From assembly GCA_048882485.1 (NCBI GenBank), contig JBHLRP010000044.1:1-28013 (forward strand): DNA of 28,013 nucleotides, given 5' to 3'. The notes beneath the pieces were generated by a model, which worked only from the letters and a program-made list of their open reading frames with translations, ran no database searches and was not told where the DNA came from. This document shows positions 8,901-16,928 of this stretch, one piece after another (the first letter of the stretch is position 1; each line of letters opens with the position of its first letter). The translations under genes were made by a program, and so were the position numbers. This DNA is from Candidatus Thorarchaeota archaeon (GTDB lineage: Archaea; Asgardarchaeota; Thorarchaeia; Thorarchaeales; Thorarchaeaceae).

Positions 8901-11422
8901 CAACCTGGGACGTTGGGTCTTATGATGTCACAATTTCCCTTTACACCTCAGGAGCTGGCGTTTCCAAGTATTTTGCAGATGCGGAAGGTCATGTTCCAAT
9001 AGTAATTCGATTGATTCGCACAAGCCTCTCTACTGATAGACAAGTGATACTTGTGAATTGGAGCGAATCGTTCCACCTAAATGTAAGCTATACTCAGATC
9101 GGGGGATCTCAAGCGCCCGTTTCAGGAGCGACGGTAAATGCCTCACTTGGGGGTATTGATTTTGTATTGACTTTTAATGGGACCACCTACAATGGGATTG
9201 TGGATACGTCACAGGTTTCGGTAGGGACATACATTCTTACTGTGTCAGCTGATAGACTCGGATATGAGCCAGGGATAGCGCAGGTCACGGTAGCCGTGTA
9301 TATTCTTGAAACGACTCTGGTGAGCTCAGATGGGATGTATTCCTACGACATCATGAGTGGTGACTTGATCGAGCTCACTGTGTTCTATGAAGCAGATGCA
9401 TTCGATATCGGGGTTTCAGGTGCATCGGTCACTTATTCATGGGATCACGGGTCAGGCCTCCTTTTCTCGAATGGCACTGCTGGCTTCTATACGGTGACCA
9501 TTGATACGAGTGGTACATTCACCAATATCTATACAATCTACATCAGAGCAAACAAGTCGAACTATGCAGCAGCGGCCATCTACATCAGTTTGGTTGTGGA
9601 TGTGGTAGAAACCGACTTGACTGTGGTTGGAGAAGGTGTATGGCAGGTTGTCTATGGAGAAAATATCGACGTGAATGTGACATACACTACAGCCATCGGG
9701 AGTCAACCTATCACTGGTGCTCTTGTTACATTCCGGTTTGGAGAAACAAACTACACTGGGACTCTAAACGAAACAGCCCCGGGAACATATGGGGGAGTCT
9801 TGGATACATCAGGCCTTGATGCGAGTTCACTATCAGTCTATGTTGTTGCATCAAATCCTGGATATGAAACAGGGTCCCTCACACTCCTTCTAATTGTGTC
9901 GCAAGTTGAGACAGTTCTTTCTCCGTTAAACACTACACTTAGTATTGTGTATGAAGAAGAAACGACATTCTACTTCCGATATCATGACATATACAATGAT
10001 GTTGAGGTTGAAAACGCGACTCTACAGTACGGATGGTTGGGAGGCACAGGATTCCTACAGTCAATTGGAGGAGGACTCTTTATTCTGCAATTGGATAGCC
10101 TTATGGTGGGCCCAGGAGTTTATGATGTCTTGGTGACAGCTTCTAAACCCAATCATATGACTCGTTCGACATCCGTAACCCTTGAAATTCTTCGTATAGG
10201 TACTGATATAATAGCTAACACGACGTTCGAAGTTGCAATTGGCGACTCATTGAGCATCCATTTGTATTTCAATGACACATCATTTGGGAAACCCATTACG
10301 GATGCGTCTGGGTCAATGAATTGGATTTTTGGGTCTATTGCTGCCAATTCCATGGCGAATGGGAACTATTCAATAGAAGTACCAGACACAATTCCACTTG
10401 GAGCATATTCAGCAACCATAATCCTCAGCAAAACAAACTACTCCACTGCAAGCATTCCAATTACAATCATCGTTCGAGAAATTAGGACCCAGCTCTCCAT
10501 CGTTGATGGAAATGACTACATAGTAGTCGTCGTTGGAAACAGGGTTGATATAACCTTGAGATACATGGACCTAGATCACAATGTCCCAATTGCAGGGGCA
10601 ACAATCACTCTAACTCAGGCAACAGGAATCATAGATCAAGATGATTATACTGTTGTTGAAGATGCCACTCCTGGTCAGTATGTCATATCATTCTTCGTGC
10701 TCACCGATGAGGAGTTCAGAATTCAAATCTATGCACAGAATGGCACAAACTATGTCGTGCAGGATATCGAGATAGTCATAATAGGTTCTACTCCACCTAG
10801 TGATCCGCTCCTCAATCTTTTGACATTAGGAGGCAGCATTGGTGTTATTTTCCTATTGCTCGGGGCTCTCCTTTATGTGAGAGTCTTCAGTGTACCAAAG
10901 ATAGTTCGAATTCTGAATAGGATGATTAAGAAACTCGCAAAGGGCGCAATCCCCGAAGCTCCAGAAATGATGATGCGGGATAAACTGCTTCACATAATCA
11001 TCAATGAGAACTTGGACCCTATTGGTATCCAGAAGCCACTCGAAGAAATTCCAGCTTTCACTATCGAGATTGAGCTTCCCGAACTTGACAATCTGCTTGA
11101 AGAGCTGGCATCCATTACCGGCCTCGAGGAAGAGGACATCAATGTTTTGAGAACAGATCTTGCTAGAATGCGTGCGAGTGAACGCCCAGGCTTCCTACTT
11201 GAGGTAATTAAGCAGGAACGTGCTCGAAGAGCTCAGGATATCTCTGAAGAAAAAGAGGAAGTGAAGGCTGCTGAGAGAGTCACAGAGGAGGAATTGGAGG
11301 ACATTCGTAAGAAACTCGAGAAATTGGGAATTGCCCCTGACGAAATTGACGTCATAATTGAAAATGCCAGAGAACTTACACGTGCTGAGATTGACGCGCT
11401 CTTAGACAGCTTCGATGTCTAG
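5909..11422 (+). CDS. Giant type I membrane surface protein with tandem ~95-aa Ig-like repeats and a ~180-aa cytoplasmic tail
   Basis: Signal peptide; repeated units T.L...G....V.Y.D....I.GA.V...G.Y...DTS....G.Y....A.K..Y; many NxS/T sequons; one TM at about 10808-10885; acidic helical tail. Confidence 0.93.
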   Translation: MKAKVRVLLLCVILSILAAPTYPSSISTQNRTPDGEGNNPGTATQLLDNGDDEPLILSEIPSSTSGAGTLLDVTEYVNGTFSGRRARANESSTFYSTSFDLPSGWSASQVTAISSQMYHVVDWVSNGDFSLGNSTTPEDWADYVDHTEANPTYDSINDWILITRASGGKVGYDYWGSWNQTLSVNEGDAVHALLNVSYRITTTTGTNGQNALPYVYVNGTVWELPTGGKRFSVNQEWQVFSLELDPDSFDFPGVLTVAFGIRGFADTQFQTTGVLYCDNVSLTLETSRLPEAVSLMARDANEQLNTQDFITGALGKGYATLFGDWTNQVSLEFIANESGTEFTLELFVPLTQDVTLDSNSYQISNGTDATWESRFFVEEMGDPFTYYYFNVSIPEDWTLVQILDGFDVVQLSGASYYNASFYSGDSVLKCSVAGTGVVGTPHYGTWKISSVSPNYGKTTSFWAGSGSSWTQTDTFYPLSNLRVNVTFQDELNNGPMSPGIADIEFYDSEGAPVFSEAGETVDSNGIVTFQNGTGSSNITILSSWLPGTITALASWSNGTAVGEIRRELYIYHRTTIEVESSIYQAFRGDSVSVRVRYIDLETNLGISGATLYFSWVYGSGSMGYAGGGYYAGAVDTSLAEIGSYLITTNASKAFYDFADVTFITLEVQERTQLLVHEGSRIDRTSFDVAWGDSNMFYLSYDDIIAMNPSNLTADIGTLSNPDVTDTYTSNNQYAVIDSVANSISLIIEVNATSYDLNVSDLASLTYKFEGRFDADGVAGSVSVYDFSASNWEVAISTYSDSSDTTRSWRSLSLANFISTSGIVRARVDASFTSAFSYYLDMFDFIAARPINDSTPGISLTGDWTVQSGGAQIGPSFNSSLSQWQIQISTVGVSPGEYSLTLEASASGHQLQSRQITIRVGSHFLRIIPDTPSETAWSENTWVNFSIEDGIDDLLVISESNISRVEMSSVFGIEIFTSTNWTYDSSSGLASIGFWVDTTTWDVGSYDVTISLYTSGAGVSKYFADAEGHVPIVIRLIRTSLSTDRQVILVNWSESFHLNVSYTQIGGSQAPVSGATVNASLGGIDFVLTFNGTTYNGIVDTSQVSVGTYILTVSADRLGYEPGIAQVTVAVYILETTLVSSDGMYSYDIMSGDLIELTVFYEADAFDIGVSGASVTYSWDHGSGLLFSNGTAGFYTVTIDTSGTFTNIYTIYIRANKSNYAAAAIYISLVVDVVETDLTVVGEGVWQVVYGENIDVNVTYTTAIGSQPITGALVTFRFGETNYTGTLNETAPGTYGGVLDTSGLDASSLSVYVVASNPGYETGSLTLLLIVSQVETVLSPLNTTLSIVYEEETTFYFRYHDIYNDVEVENATLQYGWLGGTGFLQSIGGGLFILQLDSLMVGPGVYDVLVTASKPNHMTRSTSVTLEILRIGTDIIANTTFEVAIGDSLSIHLYFNDTSFGKPITDASGSMNWIFGSIAANSMANGNYSIEVPDTIPLGAYSATIILSKTNYSTASIPITIIVREIRTQLSIVDGNDYIVVVVGNRVDITLRYMDLDHNVPIAGATITLTQATGIIDQDDYTVVEDATPGQYVISFFVLTDEEFRIQIYAQNGTNYVVQDIEIVIIGSTPPSDPLLNLLTLGGSIGVIFLLLGALLYVRVFSVPKIVRILNRMIKKLAKGAIPEAPEMMMRDKLLHIIINENLDPIGIQKPLEEIPAFTIEIELPELDNLLEELASITGLEEEDINVLRTDLARMRASERPGFLLEVIKQERARRAQDISEEKEEVKAAERVTEEELEDIRKKLEKLGIAPDEIDVIIENARELTRAEIDALLDSFDV

Positions 11423-11450
11423 GTGGCAAAACACGATTATCTGGCCACCT
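11421..11450 (+). terminator. Inverted repeat at the stop of the giant gene (possible terminator or stabiliser)
   Basis: AGGTGGC (11421-11427) pairs with GCCACCT (11444-11450) around a 16-nt loop. Confidence 0.3.
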
Positions 11451-11676
11451 TAGCGGAAATAGACCATGATGGCTAGAACACTCAGTCAATCTTTAATTCA
11501 CTGAATTCTCGTTCTCGCACCGATAGTGGTGGTCAATCCTGCGACAGAGCCATTTGAAGTGATAATATACGGCTTCGGCTGTAGGAATATAGTCACCAAA
11601 AGGCCTCCGACACAATTGGATGTGAATACCTAAACTGCTTTGTCACCAATACATAAATCGGACCAGCTCATGGAGC

Positions 11677-12195
11677 ATGCTGATTGGTATGAATGTCGTA
11701 GATATCGTCAAGAGTCTTGCAGCATCCACAAGAGCTTGGCGTGAAAGAGCCCTTCGAAACCTGCAAGAGGAAGGATGCAGTGACTTGTCATATCGACCTA
11801 AATCAGGAATGTCAGCAATAGGATGGATTCTCGTCCATCAGGCAGCGGCCTATGACTACACATTGAATATGCTGATCAAAGACAATCCCCCCAGAAATCC
11901 AGAACTCTTTTACAAATACAGAGGAGATAGTCAAGACCCAGGAGATTGGTCAGGGCATTCACTCCAAGAGATCAATGAGTATTACGACTCAACAGAGGAG
12001 GATTTCCTCAATTGGGTAGCAGAGCTTTCCGACAAAGAATTGAACAGCGTGCTAGAGGACCCAAGAATTCCACAGTTCTTTAGGGGAATGCGAATCTTGG
12101 ATGTGATTGCTTTTACTTTCACACACCTGAACCACCACAACGGGCACCTCAGTGCAATCAAGGGCGATTGGTGCAAGCATAGCAAAATCAAGTAG
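11677..12195 (+). CDS. DinB/YfiT superfamily protein
   Basis: SAIGWILVH and HLNHHNGHL His motifs; typical size. Alternative start at ATG 11689. Confidence 0.88.
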   Translation: MLIGMNVVDIVKSLAASTRAWRERALRNLQEEGCSDLSYRPKSGMSAIGWILVHQAAAYDYTLNMLIKDNPPRNPELFYKYRGDSQDPGDWSGHSLQEINEYYDSTEEDFLNWVAELSDKELNSVLEDPRIPQFFRGMRILDVIAFTFTHLNHHNGHLSAIKGDWCKHSKIK

Positions 12196-12284
12196 CAGTG
12201 ATAATGAAAAATAGAAATCCCCAAGACATGCAGCACCTGTCAAAAGGAGCCGCACGCTTGAAGGATTGAATCAAAGATCATTGA

Positions 12285-13055
12285 CTAGACTGCTTTCGCA
12301 TTTGCTCTGACAATCTCTTCGACCTTGTCGAGCTTTGCCTGTATGTCGGGGTCCTTGATATTGACCACGATTGAAACATCGACATCAGCAATCTGTTCGT
12401 TGCCTTTCTTGTCTTGGTAAGGCACATCGACCTTGTAGTTTACACGGTCATTCTGCTTCGCCCTGAATCCCTTAGCTTCTTGTTCAATTTCATAGCCGCC
12501 CTTGATGGGGTACAGAACACCATAGTTCACCATCTGGACCGACTCGGCTGAAATAGACTTAGTAATCTGTTCCATGATAGACTTGTTATACATATAGCTG
12601 CCCAACTGAATCAGGCTCAGGAAAGCGAACACTCCGCCTCCGCTCACTCTTGCTTTCTTTGCTTCTTGTACACCAGTAGCAATGACACGATAGTTCGACA
12701 CGAAGACCTGGCCCTTAATCACAGACTTGCCAGTTTCAACCCAACCATCGCAAATCACAGCGAATTCCTCACCTGGTAGTCTGCAGAAGTTCTGGACGAA
12801 GAATCTCTCGAATTCTGTAAGTTTATCTGCTTTCCTTGCACGCATCATTTTATCAAACAGAATGTATGCCTTTTCCGAGAACATCGCAGGATCAATTAGA
12901 ATAGCATCCTTCATGATTTCACCAAAAATCTGAAACTCTGAAGGTTCAATCTTTTCGAAAGCTTTTCTCAATTCATTTCCGACGTCACCAGATTTTCCCT
13001 TGTTCATTTTCTCCATTACTACTTTTCTCAGTTTTTCAAAGTCAACTTTTCCCAT
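12285..13055 (-). CDS. Hypothetical protein with a PH-like (GRAM/bPH-type) domain
   Basis: LPGEEFAVIC...KGQVFVSNYRVI resembles the LxxGE...GxLxLTNxRLI signature. Start assigned to ATG 13055 (MGKVDF). The CDS is well supported; the domain call is an inference. Confidence 0.75.
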   Translation of the reverse strand: MGKVDFEKLRKVVMEKMNKGKSGDVGNELRKAFEKIEPSEFQIFGEIMKDAILIDPAMFSEKAYILFDKMMRARKADKLTEFERFFVQNFCRLPGEEFAVICDGWVETGKSVIKGQVFVSNYRVIATGVQEAKKARVSGGGVFAFLSLIQLGSYMYNKSIMEQITKSISAESVQMVNYGVLYPIKGGYEIEQEAKGFRAKQNDRVNYKVDVPYQDKKGNEQIADVDVSIVVNIKDPDIQAKLDKVEEIVRANAKAV

Positions 13056-13167
13056 TCCAAAAACCTCGTGATGGCTATTTGCTAGGTTACAAGCCAATTC
13101 GTGTGAGGAATATTAAGCGTAATGTGGATGTGCTATAATAGTAGCATAGTTTTACTACTAATTTGAA

Positions 13168-14100
13168 TCAAGGAATGCTTCGTTTTCCTATCTGATACCT
13201 TCTCAAGGCACCAATAGGAATTATGATCAGAAGGCAAATCACAAGATCACCTACTATTTCCAGAAATAAGCTAAGCCCGAGAGGATCAAGCCAAAGTCTA
13301 CCTAGACCCATCATCTTGATCAAGGGGAAGATAAGCAGAACTCCGAAGACTCTCTTGAGTTGTACTGCATCTATTTTGCACGCATATCTAGGGCCAATCT
13401 CTCCACCAACGATCATACCAATCCCCATAGCAAGCCCATAGAATGCGAATGTTGTAAAGTCGCCATATTGAGGGAGCATGAGATAATTCATGATTGTGCC
13501 AGAACCTGTGGTGAAAATCATGGTGAACATGGAAGTGGCCGCTGCTATGAGAATAGGCATTCCTAGCAAAATGCACAGCACAGGAACGATTATGGCACCG
13601 CCCCCTAAACCCAGCAGACCTGATGTCACTCCACCCGCTAGAATTCCCAGAAATGCAAGGCCTTGGCGAGCTCTACTTGCTTGATTGATATCGAATGCCG
13701 CTATTTGGGAAGGGTGGTCTTCTCTTTCCGTCCTCTCAGCAAAAAGCATCATCATGGCCGCAGGAAAGAGAAGAATACCAAATATCACACGAAGAATGAG
13801 ATCATCGCCTATTGATGTTCTCAAGGCAACACCCAGTAGAGAAAAAGGAACTGTAACAGCAGCGAGCAATAGCCCCATACGCATCAAGATCGGATTTGGT
13901 TTGTATCGTGCAAAGGCAGCAGTGCTCACGATTGCGACAAAAAACGCTGAGAATAATGAGGTAGCTGCAGCCATCTCAGCACCTAATCCAAAAACTATGA
14001 TTAGCAGCGGGGTTCTGTACGTCCCTCCGCTCATGCCCACTGAGGCCATCAATCCAATAGCAGCTGCAATTCCTGATACGATGATGAATTCGATGGCCAT
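13168..14100 (-). CDS. TauE/SafE (TSUP) family membrane transporter
   Basis: Duplicated halves GMSGGTYRTP...AAATSLF and GLLGLGGGAIIVP...AAATSMF with multiple TM helices. Start ATG 14100 or 14133. Confidence 0.9.
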   Translation of the reverse strand: MAIEFIIVSGIAAAIGLMASVGMSGGTYRTPLLIIVFGLGAEMAAATSLFSAFFVAIVSTAAFARYKPNPILMRMGLLLAAVTVPFSLLGVALRTSIGDDLILRVIFGILLFPAAMMMLFAERTEREDHPSQIAAFDINQASRARQGLAFLGILAGGVTSGLLGLGGGAIIVPVLCILLGMPILIAAATSMFTMIFTTGSGTIMNYLMLPQYGDFTTFAFYGLAMGIGMIVGGEIGPRYACKIDAVQLKRVFGVLLIFPLIKMMGLGRLWLDPLGLSLFLEIVGDLVICLLIIIPIGALRRYQIGKRSIP

Positions 14101-14180
14101 TGCCTGCAGGTGTTTCTCCCCCTTATAATCCATTGTTTACAATAGTTAATTATTCCATAGAGTTGTGCACTAAAGAGGGC

Positions 14181-14212
14181 TTATATAATTCATGCAATTG
14201 GCACAAATTGCA
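14181..14212. promoter_or_regulatory. TATA box plus adjacent palindromic operator candidate
   Basis: TTATATAA (14181-14188) followed by TGCAATT-GGCACA-AATTGCA (14193-14212). Confidence 0.5.
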
Positions 14213-14244
14213 CCTTCTTTGTGGAGGATGGAGTTGACCATGAA

Positions 14245-14369
14245 ATGGAAGATAGGAGAAGAAGAGTGGCACTAATTGTTTGCATCATCACGGTAATCAT
14301 TGTGACTGTATTCCCTACTCAAAGCGTCAAAGCAACAGTGAACAGTGAGTGGGCTAGAACATTCCTTGA
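14245..14369 (+). pseudogene. 5' remnant of a secreted-protein gene, truncated at the SDR gene end
   Basis: MEDRRRRVALIVCIITVIIVTVFPTQSVKATVNSEWARTF reads as a signal peptide plus a few mature residues, downstream of a TATA box. The frame then runs antisense into the SDR gene and stops at 14457. Confidence 0.6.
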
Positions 14370-15128
14370 TTATCGCGACGTAAATCCTCCATCCACGGGG
14401 AGAACTGCTCCAGTGATGAAAGACGACTCATCTGAAGCCAAGAAAAGTGCGGTATAGGCTACTTCTTCCGAAGCACCAAAGCGACCAACAGGGTAGTTCT
14501 TCAGCCGTCGCTCCCGAACTTCTTTCGGATCACCTTGCATCTGGATCACTCTTTCCAACATCGGGGTTTCGATTGCACCGGGACATATGCAGTTGACTCT
14601 AATGTTGCCAGGACCGAGATCCACTGCAAGTGCTTTTGTTAGAGAGATGATCCCACCTTTTGCTGCAGAGTAGCTTGGAGAGAAGGAACCAACTAGGCCA
14701 GCAGCTGATGAATTGTTAATTATGACGCCCTTTCCTTTTTTCTCCATTTGTGGAAGAGCATGCTTGATACACAGAAAGGCAGACTTCAAATTGACACTGA
14801 CCGACCTGTCCCACTCCTCCTCCGTTGTATCTTGCAGACTCTTCACAACCTCCACGCCTGCGTTGTTGAAGAGGACATCTACCCCCCCGAATTCTTCTGC
14901 CTTGGCAAACACGGTTACGACATCCTCTTGTTTTGAAACATCAGCTTTAACGAAATAAGCTGCACCTCCAGCTTCCCTAATCGCTGCTTCGACCTCAGCC
15001 CCTTGAATGTCATCAATATCTGCACCAACCACAGTAGCCCCCTCCTCCGCAAACAATAGGGCAGACGCTCGACCAATTCCCGCACTTACTCCGGTAATAA
15101 CCGCTATTCTATTCTCAAGTCGCCCCAC
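14370..15128 (-). CDS. Short-chain dehydrogenase/reductase (classical SDR)
   Basis: TGVSAGIG, NNAG, SS, YSAAK, IRVNCICPG and VDGG motifs. Start assigned to GTG 15128, just after the upstream gene's stop. Confidence 0.95.
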   Translation of the reverse strand: MGRLENRIAVITGVSAGIGRASALLFAEEGATVVGADIDDIQGAEVEAAIREAGGAAYFVKADVSKQEDVVTVFAKAEEFGGVDVLFNNAGVEVVKSLQDTTEEEWDRSVSVNLKSAFLCIKHALPQMEKKGKGVIINNSSAAGLVGSFSPSYSAAKGGIISLTKALAVDLGPGNIRVNCICPGAIETPMLERVIQMQGDPKEVRERRLKNYPVGRFGASEEVAYTALFLASDESSFITGAVLPVDGGFTSR

Positions 15129-15133
15129 TTCTC

Positions 15134-15958
15134 TCAGTCCTCCTGCTCGAGCCAGAACTTGGCAACCTCTATTGGAGTTGCTATCCAAACATCTCCATCT
15201 GTCTTCATCTTGATAATCAGGTTCTCAAGCATTTTGGCTCTTGAAGGGACACCCATGATTTGAGGATGCATCACGAGCATCATGTAGAGACCCTCCTCGT
15301 AGACAGCCTCAAACTCATCATACCAGATCTCGTATACCTTCCTATGGCTGTCGATGCCACTCTGATACTCAAGAGGAGGAAAGTAATTGAACCCAAAGAA
15401 TGCCCAGTCGTCTAGAATCCACTTGAAAGGAAGCTCAACCATCCTCTTTCCGCCCACCTCCACGACATAGGGAACGTCATCTCCCATCATTGTGCTATCG
15501 TACATGAAATCATGCTCAGCCAAGAGCGAGTATGTGTTTTCGCTCATGTCTGCGGCTGGTGCACGATAGCCTTGAGGTTTCTCTGGAATCAGCGAGTCTA
15601 AAGCTGCAAAGCCCTGCTCAAGCTCCTTGCGTTCCTCTTTAATGCCAAGGCTGGCTGGATTCCGATGAGAGTATCCATGATGCCCAATCTCATGACCTTG
15701 ACTGGCAATATCCTTCACACTATCAGGATAGCGTTCAGCTACTTCCCCTGGAATATAGAAGCATGCTTTTACATCATGTTTGTCCAGAAGCCTCAGTATA
15801 CGTGGAAGCGCCGCTCTTGGACCATACTGCCCAAGTGAGAGAACTACTGGATTATCACGTTCAATCCTATTGCGTCTCAAGATATTGCGCCAAGAAATAT
15901 CTGCATCAAGGTCAAAGGTTAAGCAAACTGCGCATTTCGCTCCATTTTTCCACTCCAT
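15134..15958 (-). CDS. Polysaccharide deacetylase family protein (CE4, PuuE/HpPgdA-like)
   Basis: TFDLD, HEIGHHGYSH, GYRAP, YDST and MHPQIMG motifs; no signal peptide. Start ATG 15958 or 15976. Confidence 0.92.
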   Translation of the reverse strand: MEWKNGAKCAVCLTFDLDADISWRNILRRNRIERDNPVVLSLGQYGPRAALPRILRLLDKHDVKACFYIPGEVAERYPDSVKDIASQGHEIGHHGYSHRNPASLGIKEERKELEQGFAALDSLIPEKPQGYRAPAADMSENTYSLLAEHDFMYDSTMMGDDVPYVVEVGGKRMVELPFKWILDDWAFFGFNYFPPLEYQSGIDSHRKVYEIWYDEFEAVYEEGLYMMLVMHPQIMGVPSRAKMLENLIIKMKTDGDVWIATPIEVAKFWLEQED

Positions 15959-16031
15959 AATTGATTCTTCCTTCATTCAAGGTCTTCAATCACATTGGTC
16001 AGCGAAAAGGATATCGCATGACTGAGTTGCT

Positions 16032-16928
16032 CTAGACTCTCCACTCACGGATGCTCTTCTGCACCTTCAATTCACCTAACATTTTGAGAATCTCTCCTTC
16101 CTTGAACCTCTCATAGACGGGAAACTTCATGTTGAGAGGGGAATCCCTGAGACTTTTCCAAAGCGGCGTTATACCAAATGACCCATTTTGACGAATCCAG
16201 GCGACTTTATCCAGGTCTATGACTTCTGTCATAATCTCCTCATGCGTGCCAACCTGCTGCAATACTCTGCCCTCTGGGTCTGCGAATATGGAAAGTCCTC
16301 CGCCTTTGGAACTAACGACGTTCGAGTTGAGGACATAGCATTGGTGCATGATTGCTTGAGCAGGTACTAGAATCAACTCTGCTTGTCGGTCAGGCGTATA
16401 GGTCGCAGACGGCTGGAGAATGACATCAGCACCCATCCATGCTAGCGTTCTGAATATCTCAGGAAACCACAAGTCATAGCAGATGACAAGACCCACTCTC
16501 GCGATTCCTGGAATATCGAAGGTTATGAAATCCGTCCCATAATTCGTATCTTCAAAAGGCATCCAGGGATAGATCTTTCTATATTTAGCCACGAGTTCTC
16601 CTTTTGGATCGAATGCAATGGCCGTATTGAATATCCTGTCACCGTCCTTTTCCAGAAATGAACCGGGCACAAACCAGCATTCAGTATCCTTAGCGATTTC
16701 TGAAAGTTTCTCCGTCATAGTATTTGGTATTGGTTGAGCCAATTCTTTCCAATCATCTTTTCCATACTGTTGGAGATATAGTTCTCCTGTGAAGACCAAA
16801 TCAACCCATGGATAGGTTTTCCGTACCGACCTGGTTGTTTGTTCAAGATTGCTGAAGTTCTTGTCTTCATCATACGGATCTTTTTCTAGCTGGAGTCCAG
16901 CAACTCCAAGACGTCTTCCCATTTTCAT
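16032..16928 (-). CDS. Carbon-nitrogen hydrolase (nitrilase/amidase superfamily)
   Basis: Glu-Lys-Cys triad in TGELY, YRKIYPW and ICYDLWFPE. TGATG overlap with the upstream gene at 16926-16930. Confidence 0.94.
   Translation of the reverse strand: MKMGRRLGVAGLQLEKDPYDEDKNFSNLEQTTRSVRKTYPWVDLVFTGELYLQQYGKDDWKELAQPIPNTMTEKLSEIAKDTECWFVPGSFLEKDGDRIFNTAIAFDPKGELVAKYRKIYPWMPFEDTNYGTDFITFDIPGIARVGLVICYDLWFPEIFRTLAWMGADVILQPSATYTPDRQAELILVPAQAIMHQCYVLNSNVVSSKGGGLSIFADPEGRVLQQVGTHEEIMTEVIDLDKVAWIRQNGSFGITPLWKSLRDSPLNMKFPVYERFKEGEILKMLGELKVQKSIREWRV

Noticed and set aside
11490-11620. Possible ammonium-transporter-like fragment on the minus strand (GGLLVTIFLQPKPYIITSNGSVAGLTT)
   Set aside because: The resemblance is weak and short, with no start context; it needs a translated search.
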